A stretch of 64,000 bases of DNA, from the NCBI GenBank assembly GCA_044892525.1, contig CM097885.1:17920001-17984000 (forward strand). The letters are read 5' to 3'. The notes below the pieces were generated by a model. The model was not told where the DNA came from, did not search any database, and saw nothing but the letters and a program-made list of their open reading frames with translations. Source of the DNA: Schmidtea polychroa. Its lineage: Eukaryota. Below are positions 25,320 through 64,000 of the stretch, one piece after another. Each line of letters begins with the position of its first letter. The stretch's first letter is position 1. A program made the translations under genes and the position numbers.

Positions 25320-26209
25320 TGGGTATATCGTAATTAGCATGCCAGTCTTTTAGCATGCAAGTCTTTAGTTACTTAAGTTGTTTGATTTCCCGACCGACTC
25401 GACACAGTACGAGATTTACTCGTTACCAATCAAATCTCTGACTCTAAAGCGCTCTTTATTTGATTTACAATATAACAATTCTCAGACAATATAAACATTT
25501 ATTGATTATCACAGTTGATTATACGATCTATAACAACATGATCGATTCAACTCTCAAGTAGGCAATTATACGGAGCTTATTACAACACTATGTGAGGAAT
25601 AGCTCCCAGTGTATAATTCCCGAATTCCCTAATAATCACAAGTCTCTGATTTGACTCAACAAATGGGTAAACCGTTTTTGATCGTACTTAATCGTACTTT
25701 GACATGACTTTATTAGATATACTCTGATTCTTTTATTTTAATTCAAATTTCGTCACATCGTTCTTTCAATTTGATTCGAATTCTATACTTTAATTTTCAA
25801 ATATCGCGCAACTTTCCTATTCCAATTTTAACACTACTTCATTTTTTAATTTTAAATAAGATGACTTTCGCTTTAATAGTTCGCCATCGTCCGGCACTCA
25901 TGATAATTCGTTTATTCCTAGTTCCCACGTTACCTTTGAAAGTTCGGAGATGCCGATTTTGTTTTCATGTTTTGTTTTTGTTTTCCAATTTTAGATTTCC
26001 TTATTGTTTTCTTGCACTCATTAATTAATATTATTAATAAGTGACCTTTCTCTGCTTTATTGCTGAATTTCTTTTGTTTTGTTATTCCTTCATTATTTCT
26101 CAATTTTTCCTTTCTGTTTTCTTCTCTAAGTTTCTCAATCACCCTATCGGTTTTCCCCAAGTTATTCTAATTATTTATAATATTATTTACTATTTAGGTA
26201 TCCTCAACA
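25320..26209 (-). mobile_element. Diverged solo LTR of the same family
   Basis: Ends TATTTAGGTATCCTCAACA as the other copies do; shares CTGACTCTAAAGCG.TCTTT and GTGAGGAATAGC blocks; left boundary uncertain. Confidence 0.65.
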
Positions 26210-26755
26210 TAACTATCGTAGTGAAGCTTATATTTTGCCAAAAGAACTTTCCAACCATGTCAGTTAGAAAGAATTTTCAACGTTACTAAGCTCGGGTTGC
26301 AGAACATTTATTGATTTTATCATCAGGTGATTGTGAAATGTAGAAATTTTATTAACTCATCCCACTACACAACACTTGTAAATTAACAATTTGTTGTTAT
26401 ATGGATTTGTCATTCATTTATTTTGTTGATTATAATAATGCTCGCCTCTGTATTTATTACATATTGCCTGAATTATTCGTTATTCTTTTTAATGTATGTT
26501 TTCTTTGGTAATAAAACTTAATAAAAATTATTGGATAGTGAGCTTTGTTTTCAAATGATATTAAATGAAAGTTGCCGTATTGCCTGATGACTTCTAATGA
26601 TAAATGATATACTATTACTATGACTCCAAAATAGTCTAAGCTTCTGATCATCTTGGTCTAGTGAAACCACTATTAAATGTAACATAAAGTTGGGTCGAAA
26701 TTTTTATCTACTCACAAATTTTATTTAAAGATCAGAGGCTTCAGATTAAGTTAAT

Positions 26756-27829
26756 TATGTTAACTCTTTTTTTACACGGTCTTTTTTACACGATTTTGAA
26801 ATAACACGGTCCACAAAAAAGGAACAAATCTTTTTTTGCACGAAATATTCGGTTTAACACTATTTCCAAAAAACATTTTATGTTTTAATTTAAATAAAAA
26901 TCTTAGACAGTCTTGAGAGAGGCGTAGTTTAAGTGAAGTGACTATCAGAACCATAAAAAAAGTGAGGATTCCATTCGACGATTAGTAATTTCTGGATCGA
27001 ACATCAGTTCCAAAGCATCGTCATATAGCCGAAATATTATCTCGGAGAAAATGGAAAAAGTTTAGTGGTTGCGGATATAGAGGAGTTGATGCTTGAAAAC
27101 CTTTAGATGATGAGGACTTGATTGAAGCTATAACAGTTAATGGTATTAATGAGAACCATAGTGACGAAGACGAAGTTGAAGGTGAAATGCATCAACTAAC
27201 TTCTGATTTAATTCGCGATGGCTTAAAATTTGGTACCAGTATGGAACAATTTTTTCTCACTCATGATCCTAACGTGGAACGTGCATTAAAATTCCAACGG
27301 AATTTACAGGTTTGTATGGCTGGCTATCAAGAACTTTATAAGGAAGTTAAAAAAGTAAAAACCCAGCAGCTTATAACAGATTTTATCATAAGAAAACCAA
27401 TATCAGATTTGGTAGACCTAAGTGAGTAAAGCAATTTTAGCCAGTCTATAATAAACGTGCACGCTTATTATAAAGTAATGATAATAAATATTAGTTGCTA
27501 AATAAGACTTATATTTCCAATTTGAATTTAATTTATATGTATTTATGAACTAAAATTTTATTTGTTTTTTACTTATGGACTAAAATTACTATTATTATCT
27601 ATTTTTAATAAAAACATGTATGGATTATATTTTCTAAAACTTATATAATATGGTTTCAAGATTTACTATTTTCTTTTCACGGTTTTTTAGAACTAATGGT
27701 TCCTTTTTCTATTTTACACGGTTTTCTATAATTGTAGAACACATCCTCAATTTCACTATAGTTAACATGTCTTTTTTTACACGATTTTCGTTCGAACGTA
27801 TCTACCGTGTAAAAAAAGAGTTCGGTGTA
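26756..27829 (+). mobile_element. pogo/Tigger-like non-autonomous element
   Basis: Inverted ends AACTCTTTTTTTACACGG / CCGTGTAAAAAAAGAGTTCGGTG-TA. ORF 27118-27429 resembles a Tigger transposase C-terminus (ERALKF...YQELY..KK..TQQLITDF). A related end lies at ~15692-15750. Confidence 0.7.
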
Positions 27830-28267
27830 TTATTAATTTAATTCACAAAATATTATAAGCATTTAATCTAAATTTATATTAATAATAATTAAAATATAAA
27901 ATTTTAAACTATTATATTTCAAGGTCACACTAATGAGTGAAAACATTATTTTCTCATGCAATTCTATTTAATTGAATAATGTCAAATAATAGATTTTGAT
28001 TAAAATTTGTATGACGTAACGAAAGCAAATGAAACAAAGCAATCATTTTATTTTAAAATAATAAAACTATAAAAGTATTTTGTAATTGTTGATAATAAAA
28101 AGAACATTACAACCAAACATTAAACATTGAAAGAAATAATAATTCGCCCGCATTTGAAAGTTCATGATGTAATATAATGAATATTTATCAGATATGCATC
28201 ATCTATGAAAAGTAATCAAAACGGGAAATTGACAATTCAACATATATTTCACGAAACAATTCAACAA

Positions 28268-29615
28268 TTAAGGACGATGGAATTTTTCACCTGCGTAAAC
28301 AGCCTTAGATCCCAATTCTTCTTCGATTCTCAGCAATTGGTTATACTTAGCCAATCTTTCCGATCGACAAGGAGCTCCAGTTTTAATTTGCCCAGTTCTT
28401 AATCCAACTACAAGATCAGCGATTGTGTTATCTTCAGTTTCCCCAGATCTGTGGCTAACCATAACTCCCCATCCAGCTTTCTGTGACATATTACAAGCCT
28501 CAATTGATTCGGTAACAGATCCTATTTGATTGACTTTCAACAACAAGCAATTACAAGCTTTGGCATCAATGGCTTTCTTGACCCGAGTTGGATTTGTAAC
28601 AGTGAGATCGTCACCTACAATTTGAATTCCAGCTTTGCTAGTGAATTCAGTCCAAGCTGGCCAATCATCTTGATCAAATCCGTCTTCAATACTTACAATA
28701 GGGTATTTTTTAATCATATCCATATACACGGCTGAAAGTTCAGAAGAAGTCAGCCATTTTGAATTGTCAGATTTTGGATTTTTGAAATCTAGATCATATT
28801 TTCCATCTTTGTAGAACTCAGAAGCAGCGACATCCATTCCGATTTTTATTTTCCCAGTATACCCAGCTGCTTCGATAGCGACTTTCAATAATTCTAAACC
28901 TTCAAAGTTGTCAAGAATATTTGGTGCAAATCCTCCTTCATCGCCGACATTGCAAGCATCCATTCCATATTTCTTCTTAATCACAGCTTTCAAATGGTGA
29001 TAGACTTCACTTCCCATTTTCATGGCTTCGGTAAAAGATTGAGCACCAGTTGGAAGAATCATGAATTCTTGCATCGCCAACTTGTTTCCAGCGTGACTAC
29101 CTCCATTGATGACATTGAATGCTGGAACTGGCAAAATGACATCTTTGTGGCCTGCTAAATCAGCAAAGTGACGATACAATGGAACACCCTTTTCAGCAGC
29201 ACCAGCCTTAGCTACTGCCAAACTGACACCAAGAATAGCATTTGCTCCCAATTTCGATTTATTTGTTGTTCCATCGAGCTCTTTTATCATGAAATTATCA
29301 ATATCAGCTTGATTAGTAACATTCAACTTCTTTTTGATTAACTGGGGACCAATTATTTTGTTGACATTTTCTACAGCTTTTAACACTCCTTTACCAAGAT
29401 AGGCCTTATCCTTATCTCTAAGTTCAAGAGCTTCGTGTACTCCAGTTGAAGCTCCACTTGGAACGCCTGCTCGAAACAAACCTAAATTACAAATAACATT
29501 AATAAATTAATGTGATATTTTATTAACTACCTTTAGCAGTTTTAAGGTCGACCTCTACCGTTGGATTACCCCTGCTATCAAAGATTTGTCTGGCAAAAAC
29601 ACTTTGAATTGACAT
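28268..29615 (-). CDS. eno: Enolase (432 aa); exons 29615-29531 and 29481-28268, 49-nt GT-AG intron
   Basis: Exon 1 encodes [28 protein letters not shown]. Exon 2 has [50 protein letters not shown] and [16 protein letters not shown]. Spliced length 1299 nt is in frame. Confidence 0.98.
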
Positions 29616-31975
29616 TTTCTTTAGGAAAGTTTGATATGAATAATATTAGGAAATTCGAATCAGTTATATACTGTAATTATGTTTACATACAAACTTTAAA
29701 CAAACTAATTTTTCTTAAGTAAATAATTATGTAATAATATTTAATAAAATCTGTAATGTATTTGTAATAAAAAAAATTATAAAATATCACGTTTAAAGTT
29801 TTTATTATAAATATTTGATTTATAATATATGCAAAATTTGATTTTTAAAACTTCGTGAACAATTAATTCGTGAATAATTAATTTAGAAAAATTTAAATTA
29901 ATAAATTAAATGGGATAATAATATTTTGAAATTAATTAATTATATTCTAAAATTAAACTGACATGTAGAAAGAAATTTATAATAGGACATGGAAAACTTC
30001 TGTGGACTTTATAGTACCGTTGATCAAGTTTATCCCGTCTAAGCTCATCCTTATTTTTCTTAGGTATTCACTTTATTATCACAAACATAATTAAAAATGC
30101 ATACTTTAACATTAGTTTAATAAATAATGAAAAAATCTGTTAAGTCTTTAGGTCTAACAACTTATGAATTCAATTTGAAACTATTACTAAAAATGAATAC
30201 AATCTAAAAAATCTACTATGCGCGGTCCTTTGAAGAATGGTGTCAATTTTTGAATGAATCATTCGAAGAAATTATACTGAATTTTCTTAAAATATTTAAA
30301 ACAGGTTTGTCGAATGTTTAAATTGTGAAAAGATAGTATGTTTCATAAAATAATTTTGTATATTGATATTTTCGACAAATTTTTACAAAAAAATTTTATC
30401 ATTAAGTTTTATCATAATTGAAGCATCGACATTTATTGGTGTAATAAATGACTAGATTTTATGTAAAAAATGATATTAGTTGAATAATTACTGACTTCCT
30501 GTTTTCTTTAACCAATAGATCCAACAATATATTGAAACAAAAGTTTTAAGATTGAATCAATCCGACTACAATTATTGAGTTGATTTCTATTTCCTTCAAT
30601 TTCCTGGCCTTTATTCAATGTGAGAACAATATTCACTTTTACTGATTTCATTAACCATCAAACAATATCCCTTCAGATTGATATGTTTCGACAGTTTTAA
30701 TTTCTCTATAAATTTTATTTTTATCTATTCTCGTTTAAATTTTGTTCCTAATTTAATGCTTAATGCCAATATCTAATTAATTAATGGTATTCTAATTTAA
30801 TACATTTTTATTTTTTAAGGTCTCTTTCATGGATTTTTAGATAATTTCCCTTTCATAATGCTATTCGTCATTCACAGTTCTACGCCTAATTCATTTTCAG
30901 ATCTTAACTCGAATAATTAATTAATTATTGATTTTCTGTAAATCCACATTTCGGTGCGTTTCACACTCAATAATGCACTCTTCCACAATTTTGTCTCACT
31001 TCTAGTTTCTATTTCATCTGATTTCCATTGTATTTTTAATTTATATATATATCAAGCTACAATATTTTAGCTACAAAATTAAGTTACTTATTTTACAAAT
31101 ATGCTTCAAACTGGTTTATGCCATACCATTTACCAGTAAATTGTAATTTTAACTAGTCTTCATTTGCAATATTCAATCTAAACATAATGCCTATGGCACC
31201 AAAGAACAGTTAACACGATTCAAATTCAATAAAGATGTGACCATTAGACTATTCAGTAAACGGCATCAGACCAAAATCTGATTGAAAGAGTTTGAAGTAT
31301 ATCTTTACGCCCAAATTTATAAAAATCAAATGAACTAGTCAAGTATGAGAAAAATGAAAAATATATTTTAGTGAAATTTAGAAGGAAGGGAATATTTTGT
31401 AAAATTTCTTTCCTGAACGACTAAGTTGGTATTATGTCTTCAATTGGGTCATTCACTGGGTTATTAAAAATGGTTGATTTGATTTATAAAAAATTTGAGA
31501 TTTAAATCTCTGGAGAGCAGCATGTAATACAAATATTTGAACAGTTCAGAAATTAAGAAAAAATTTTTATTTGAGGACCAACGGCATTTCCTTCAGATAA
31601 TACAATTGTGTCAGACAAATTTCAGGTTTTCCAATTTAATTAATTGATAAAAAATTTTTACAAATATATTTCGCATAAATGTGCCAATTTGATTTCACAG
31701 TTATTTCTAATTTTGTGATTCCAAAACCTTATGTCCCATATTCAACAGAGCACATTGTAAAGAAGCAACCTGTTATCGGTTTTGTGGATTATAAAAGTTA
31801 GTCTATAATCTATTTTAAAATTTAAAACAAAATCACTTATCTTAAAGTAAAAAATTTTGTGACAAATGATGAAAAAATGAAATATCATCGAGGCACTTGA
31901 GATAACCGATTTTTATTGATGAGTGCTAAGTGCTAAGTTCTTTACTATGAAATTTCGCAATTAATAATGATAAGG

Positions 31976-32335
<360 letters not shown>

Positions 32336-32650
32336 GTGATGATTCCTTGGTAGCAGCAATAATTCAATGTTTAAGAATTTAATGATAATATAATCCTTTT
32401 GCAGCGAAGTATAAATTATTTCATTTTATTGAATATATACTTCGCAGCAAAAGACTTAAATTATCATTTAATTGTTTAATATTATAATTCTTCTTATTCT
32501 TATTATTATTATAATTCGGAAAACCTTTTTGATATTTTATCAACATCCATGATGCGAGTCATTTTTAAGTAAAACAGTGAAAACATAATTTAATCTGGAT
32601 AATGATTCGAGTTTGTCAATGTTTTTGTAGTAAAAAATATGAACTTTTAG

Positions 32651-32862
<212 letters not shown>

Positions 32863-32924
32863 TTTCAAAATCACATTATGGTAGAACAACTTTAAAATAT
32901 GATTATATTTAATTTTTATTTGTT

Positions 32925-56588
<23,664 letters not shown>

Positions 56589-57384
56589 CTATTAGTTCGG
56601 GAGAAATTAATTCGGAATGCTCATTGGTTCAATAACAATAATTATTACTGTAGAAATTTGATACACCAATTTAACCATAATGGATGAATTTAGCATTAAA
56701 CTCTTATAAGACCTTTATATAATTTTTGAGAACATCGTTGGAAATATTCATAAAGTAAAAGTTCCTTCAAAAAGGTTTTCAATAGAAAAGAATTTAGTAC
56801 AGCCAAGATGAGATTAAGTATTTTCATACCGATTATATGGAGGCAAGGGAATAGTCAATGCTGATGGATGATTTTATTAAAGTTTCTTAAAGTCGTTTTT
56901 AAGGGAAAAAAGAATTTTGTAAACTGAAATAGACATGATCCTATCCCCACAAAGCTTGAATTGAAGGATATATTCATGAGTGGTGATGGTTAAGATTTTT
57001 GGTTGGAGGTGTGAATGTCGGTAGTAAAATGATTTCACAGTATAAAGTGTTGCTGGAGTTTTTTTCTTTTAATGGATGATCTAGAAATTTCCATCTTACT
57101 AACGTTTGTATTACGTTTCATGGTCTAAAAATATTACTTTACAATACGGATTTAATAACAAACTTCCTATTACATTTCATTAGGCATTCAAGGAATTCAA
57201 TGTTCAGATAAAATTGTCTTACACAATTGCCTTACTCTTTTACCCTAGCAAATATTATGGAACTCTTCATGAATACTTTACGAACCACAGTTGAATCCTA
57301 TAAATTTCAAGGCTTCCTACATTGTGGGACCAGTCATTCAAAAGGTTTTTCAATTAGTAAAATAATAGCATCAGTAAATTTTAA

Positions 57385-58109
57385 CCACTTGCCGGGCGCT
57401 CTCTCAAATAAGAGTGCAAAAAATGTGTACCATTTCGGGCGAGCGTTCATATGTGAGCGCAAACTCATATAGAAAAAATATTGTCCTTTGAATAAGAAAT
57501 CTGATCCCGGGCGTGGACTAACATATGAGCGATATTTTGAACAACATTATTTTACGATATTTATGTTCTAAACTGCCATTTCTTAGGTCATTTTTTTTTA
57601 TAAACACGTGAATTTTCGGCTATACACACATGAATTCTAGGTTCGTCTTTTTTTCATATTTTCGAAAATATCAGTTGTCCAATAACCACGCGCGCGACTG
57701 CATCGTTTTTGAATTGTTTCACTTCGTTCTTCGGACATTTCGTGTTTTTCAAACTGTTTTTTTGTTTGTGTATGTGTGTGTGTGTGCACTTTGAACTATT
57801 TCATTTTTAACTGTTAAAAATATATTTTATTGATTTATAAAATGGGTTCATCGAGCGGGTTCATTATTTATAGCCTCACAGTTGACTAATTTTATGATGG
57901 GACTCATTTACTATCCTAAGAGATGATATCTACACAGTGACTCTTATTTTTTTTATATAATAACAATAACTAATAATTAGTGAATACAAACTCGGAAAAT
58001 TAAAAAAAAATATTTACGTTATATTTTGATTATATACTATTAATTAATGATTTAAAACAAATAGTTTTTTTTTGACCGAAAACATGAAAAAAAATCGCCC
58101 GGCAAGTGG
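57385..58109. mobile_element. piggyBac-type non-autonomous element
   Basis: 14-bp TIR CCACTTGCCGGGCG / CGCCCGGCAAGTGG with TTAA on both sides. Confidence 0.9.
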
Positions 58110-58734
58110 TTAATGAATAAAATATATCTTCCTGACTTATCAAAAATAACATCTTATCAATAGAGTGTGAACAACTGAGCCCTCTAAATCTCGGAACTAA
58201 CCCACACTATGGTCTTACAAATAGTAATGGGAAAATATTATTAGGCCTGTTCACTTTTTAGAGCTTGAAAATTTTTAATTACACTCTGAGTCATGATAAA
58301 AAGCTAATCGCGTAGTGCGTAGGCTCTTAAACTGGAGTCCATGAAGAAAAAAATCAAAATTAAATTGAAGAAAAATTTAAATTATTTTCATATTTGAAGA
58401 ACTTGAGAAATAATTATTGATGTAAAAAAATTAAATATCTTTTAATTTATTTAAGAATTTTTTAATGTTTAATTTATATTTAAAATTGAATAAAATAAAT
58501 ATTTGAATGTTTGTTATTCCGCAATAAAAAGTCGAAATCTTATTGGATGATCCGCAGATTTCAGAAATTTTAACGCGTGTCAGTGAAATAAAAAGTTGAA
58601 GAATTTCTGATATAATGTAAATGATGAAAGGGTAATTTTAGAAATGATATCGTATTTTTTACATAACATATGTTCAACCGCGAGTTGCTTATCACAACAC
58701 TAGTTAATTAAAACTAATCATGAAATTTAGTATA

Positions 58735-59360
58735 CACCAATCCCTCGAATTTCGCGGTGCCCATTTTACGCGGTCATAAAGAATAATATTTTTTTAATGA
58801 AATCAAACATATTTTGTAGCAAGTGTCTCTCAAATGCATAGATTGCATAAGATTACTCACGATTCAACGACCAGACGTCTGTAACCCACTCCATTACGCG
58901 TGCAGTACGTCAAATATTATGTTGTGGAGTGCACGTGTCTCGCTCAAGATTTTGCTTGTTTATACACCCAATTCCGAAATTTTTCATGCATTTTTCATTA
59001 TGTGTTTTGTGTTGGTATGTTCAATTATTTTACTCTCACCTTCACAATTCCTATAATAAAGTTATTAAATTTCGGAACAATAAATTTCTACACACAGGTA
59101 AGTCAATTATTCCTTTTAATAAACCTTTTAACTATGAACATGTTATAAATTTTACAATTTAAAATTTAAATGTAGATTTTTTAAATCTATTTCTAAATAA
59201 AATTGTATTATTTTATGCCTTGTTTATATGAAATCGAAGTCTCGATTTACGCAGATTTTTATTTTCTGGAACCTATCTATCATTTTTGTATGAATTTAAA
59301 GTCTCGATTTGCGCGTTTGTTTCTTGGAACGTATCTACCGCATAAATTGAGGGATTGATG
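58735..59360. mobile_element. pogo/Tigger-like MITE
   Basis: TA-CACCAATCCCTCGAATTTCGCGGT ... ACCGCATAAATTGAGGGATTGATG-TA; GGAACGTATCTACCG subterminal motif as in 26756-27829. Confidence 0.8.
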
Positions 59361-59517
59361 TAGTAAATGTGTCTTTAATTTAATTAATTTTTTTATAAAT
59401 TAATTTTATTTTAGATTGTTATTGTTATTCACAATTTTAAATTAATTTTAATATATTATTATTTAATTGTGCTAATAAAATATAATCAGTAAACAAAATT
59501 AGTATGGAATATATTAC

Positions 59518-59588
59518 TTGGGTAACGAAAGAGGGACTTTTTGATTTCATTGACTTGCTATCCATTGTCAAATTGTGAGTAGAGCCAT
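59518..59588 (-). CDS. Possible upstream exon of the RhoGEF
   Basis: TTCAG acceptor and GTAAT donor around an open (D)GSTHNLTMDSKSMKSKSPSFVTQ; no domain support. Confidence 0.35.
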
Positions 59589-60706
59589 CTGAATGAAATC
59601 GAAAATAAAATCTCATCACTAAAAATCGTAAAAAAATTAATTATTGCAATGTTTTACTGAAATGTAAGCTTCAGGCTTGTGTTTAAATTTTCCATTCAAA
59701 AGTTACATACAAGGCCAGGGCTTTAATTTGGTAAAATTACGAAATATTATAAAGAGCTTTTCAGAGATTATAAAAATATAAAAATACATTAAAACTATTT
59801 AACTATTTATTAAATCAGATAATATATGTTCTCATTATTATCTTCAAATTTTTGTATGGTTTTAGAAGTTGCAGACGAATATCCCTCCAGGCCCTATTCC
59901 AACCCTCCTGGGATATTTTCCCATTTCCATCTCTTACTGTCCTGAAATCAACTGGCCGATTCTTGAATATGTAAAAAGGTTTTCTAATTATTTTTTAAAA
60001 ATTTATAAAAATAATAACATTTATAATGGAAATAATATAAAAATGAAATAATGTAATTATTAATTATTATCTAAGCATCTAAAAAATGTAGCAATATTTA
60101 TAACCAATTAACAATAACAGATGTTCATACAAACTTAATAAAAAATTTAATTATTCATTTAAACTTTTCAGTTAAAAATTCCAATGTCAAATTAATTTTA
60201 AATATCAAAATAAATCCAATAAAATCAAAACCCCTCTCTTCATTCTAAACTTACATGTTCATATTTGCACAAATTTCACCATCTACACTGGTGGCTATAT
60301 TTCCACCTTGACTAACCCCAGCTCTCTAAGTTGAAAAGCTTTTGCTTTTAGACCAAGTATTTGATTTATTTGATCTATTTCAATAGGAAATTTATCATAT
60401 TTTTTCGGTGAAAATTTATCTTTTGCTAAAATTGCCGAAAGAATTAGAAACATTTTCAGAGTAATATACATTGGAATTACTTATTTTAAACCAATCACAA
60501 ACAGTTTTATTAAAACTAAGGAGTTTTTTCATGTTGTGAATTGTTGGGATTTGTAACAATGAAATTGGTTGATAAAATACCTGAGTGCTGGGAGTTTTTG
60601 TAAATATTATCAAATAACAATTCAAAGATTCATTAAATACATATTAATGTAACTCCAAATATCAACAGAAATTCATTCAGCACATAGAGTAGCGCACACC
60701 AATTTG

Positions 60707-60816
<110 letters not shown>

Positions 60817-61592
60817 CATTGGATGTCAATTGAATATTTCATTTAGTCCCCAAATTATGCAATATCCTTATTTAAATAAATAAAATTCCAAAAATAAAAT
60901 TGTGCAACAAAGAGTTAATTATGTAGGCAAATAACATAGCAAATTCATTATTCTGTGTACAATATTAATATATTCCATATTTCTCATATTATTCCGTATT
61001 ATTTCTTTTGAATTCTTTATCTTTCCTTACCTTACCTTGAATTTATCAATGCCTGAAATTTTTTCATTACACGTCAAAAAAAAGAAATAAAGTTTGAAGT
61101 CGTTCTTTAACTTCCATATTCGTCAGATTTATCGTCCACCATTTTTTCGAAACATTTAGGTCGTTTTCTGGACAAAAAAAATTTTCTTTGGACGGCACTA
61201 TAGGGATCCAAATAAAATTTCCTGGGAGGCATAGACAATAATAATGAAATTCATTTGATTTTTGGAATGTTTTATGTTAAAATGATAAAATATGAACGGG
61301 TTTTGAGAGTCATGGGAATTTTACAAAGATTTTTTGCTTTAGAAGATTAAACTTTTCTGCCTGGTGAAAATTTGAAATTTATTAAAAAGTTTTCACAGCA
61401 GCCTTTCATATTTATTAGTTTACCTATTTCAATTTATATTTAAAAGTGCAAAATATATATAATTTGAAATTTAAATTACTCATTATTGATCACCACTTCA
61501 ACTTCATAAATCACCTTATTTTCAATATCAAACTATTCAAAGGAAATAATAGAACTTCATTAATAATGCGTGACAGTTAATGACATGCTCGA

Positions 61593-61865
<273 letters not shown>

Positions 61866-62793
61866 ATGTCCTAGTCTGAACAGAGACTTCCGATTTAACA
61901 AAATCTCAAATTCCAATAGCAATTTAACCTGGCTGATATTTATTTATGTAAATATTTAATTAATAAACTGAATTTTGTACAAACAATGTTTTCTTAAATT
62001 AATATATTTGTTCGTTCTAACCTACATGAAATATGAATATTTTTATATTTTCCAAATAGTATTTTAACGAAATATGAGGATGGCGGAAAATAAGCTTATG
62101 GCCAGATACGCAGGGCTGGCACTGAGTCTGAATAAAGTGAGTGCCTGAGAGAATTCATAAAAATACCGTAAGTGGTAATAAACAAGTGCTGAAATTGTCA
62201 AAAGTAGAAATCAAAGACAACAAAATGAAAAATGGATTATTGACGTGCAATAATGTTTGAGAGTTCAAACGAAGTTTAAAGGAAGTTAGACTTATTTTAT
62301 CGAATTATAAAACAATTAAAAAATGTAATAATTTATTGAACGTTGTAAGGCTTATGAATATTTTTTTCAGTTTTGTGCTTGAATAAATTTAATTTTAATT
62401 GAATAAAATAAAATTTTAAATAAGAAATTTTACTTCAGGATTTAATCAAAACATTTGAAATTAAATTACAAATTTTCAATCGTGACGTAATTTCTAAAAA
62501 ATTTAAATATTTATCGAATACAAAACATTCCTTGCAGATTTAGATTTTCTCGAAAATCCAGATCAAAAATTATTGAACAAATTTCTCGCTACTAATTTGT
62601 CCTATGAATTATGTATTTTGAATTTTATTGCTCAATAAAAATGCATATTATGTACATACGTATGATGTATATCAGAACCTTTACAGTTTTCATTAATATT
62701 TTACATGAATTTTTGAATTAAATACAATTTCTTATTTCATATTACACGGTTTTCAGATGGCATGGATCGTATCCTCTATTTCATTATAGGAAA

Positions 62794-63220
62794 TGTTTTG
62801 GGTTATTGGGTTGGTGATAAAACTTTAAATTTCTTAATCTGACTCCAAGCGTGCTTTGACTGACCCACAAATAATATTTGACAACAGAAATCTTTATTGA
62901 TAATCACAAATAACTTTCACTTGACACTGACAATCAATTCAACACTCTGCTTGGTGACTATACTATGCTTATTACAACACTCAGTGAGGAATAGCACTTG
63001 TGTATACCACCGGATTGAAAGATCACTAATTACTGATTGGTTTATCAACTGGGACTTTGAGCTGGTTGTTTTCTTTGACCTTCTTCACAACTTTATTCAA
63101 ATACTCATGTAACTTCTTTTCGTCTAATTTGTCAACTAATTCATTTCTTCAAATCTTCTCCAATAATTATTCTTCACAATTATTTTCTTTACAATTAATT
63201 CCCACAAATCGTCTCTCCAC
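62794..63220 (-). mobile_element. Truncated LTR of the 43926-44859 family
   Basis: Collinear with 43926-44340 (GGGTTGGTGATA, CTGACTCCAAG.GTG.CTTTGACTGACCCA, CAGTGAGGAATA, GCTGGTTGTTTTCTTTGACCTTCTTCACAAC). Confidence 0.85.
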
Positions 63221-64000
63221 TTAAAGTAGGGACCTATGAAACCTTAAGCCATATCATGGCAATGTTGTGTAATCGAAAATTCCACATTTAAAAATTTCTA
63301 CTTCATGCCACAACAACCGGACTGTTACTACATTTCATCTGTTTAAATTATTTTGGGTAAGACTGTATTAATTTTTTAACCTCAATTTCTCTTACCAAAA
63401 TGGCATGACTGCATAATAATTTTTTACATAAAAGTATACGTCTTTAGGACACAGAAGGACACAGTGCAGTTTACTGTTGACTTGGGACCTAACTTAGTTT
63501 CCAACCTTCGTTTCACTGGGACACAGTCATTATCAAGTAGATTTTTTTTAAATGTATTTTGCAAAATTACTCTAACATATTTTATTTAATTTTAGGAGAA
63601 CGTAAAATTCGCGAGTTTATGATAAGGTACTCAAAATAATTCGACTCTTAGGGACCGTGCAATGAGTTAATACGGTTCTGTTTTGAGTCATTATTTTAAG
63701 AGATGAAAAACAATTTAAGAAGTGGAATGACTGATGAATGCGGATCACCGTGTTTTACTCTAAATAATAGTGTATGAATCAGATATAAAACGTTAGATAT
63801 TTACTATTCCAACAAAACAATCCCATTTAATGAGTGAATGCTGTAATTATAAAATGAAATTATGTTATTTTGCTTTTAAAATTAAATTTTCAATTACATG
63901 ACGAATTTTCCATTAATTTTATCCATTATTCAAACACTACGCTACATGTCAGTAACGCGTAAAATAAAAAAATTTGATGTGCACCACCACAATGATATAT

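Overview
Very AT-rich eukaryotic (animal) genomic DNA. The 46-49 nt minimal introns, long (AAT)n tracts and transposon spectrum suggest a freshwater planarian/flatworm (inference). Two host genes lie on the minus strand: a 2-exon enolase (28268-29615) and a multi-exon DH-PH RhoGEF of the PLEKHG5/6 type (at least 10 exons, 32925-56588; 5' end unresolved) whose large introns are packed with transposons. The rest is mostly mobile DNA: a frameshifted R2-type non-LTR retrotransposon, an apparently intact FLYWCH-MULE transposon, hAT remnants and MITEs, piggyBac and pogo/Tigger derivatives, a Helitron fragment, two Gypsy relics, a family of solo LTRs and a palindromic repeat family. The most notable observation is the R2 element. 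It sits inside a hAT transposase remnant rather than in rDNA, yet its 5' end carries ~70 nt of 28S-rRNA target-site sequence (31 nt exact plus ~39 nt diverged) that pairs into an HDV-like ribozyme fold. All homology calls are from recalled family motifs; no database search was run.
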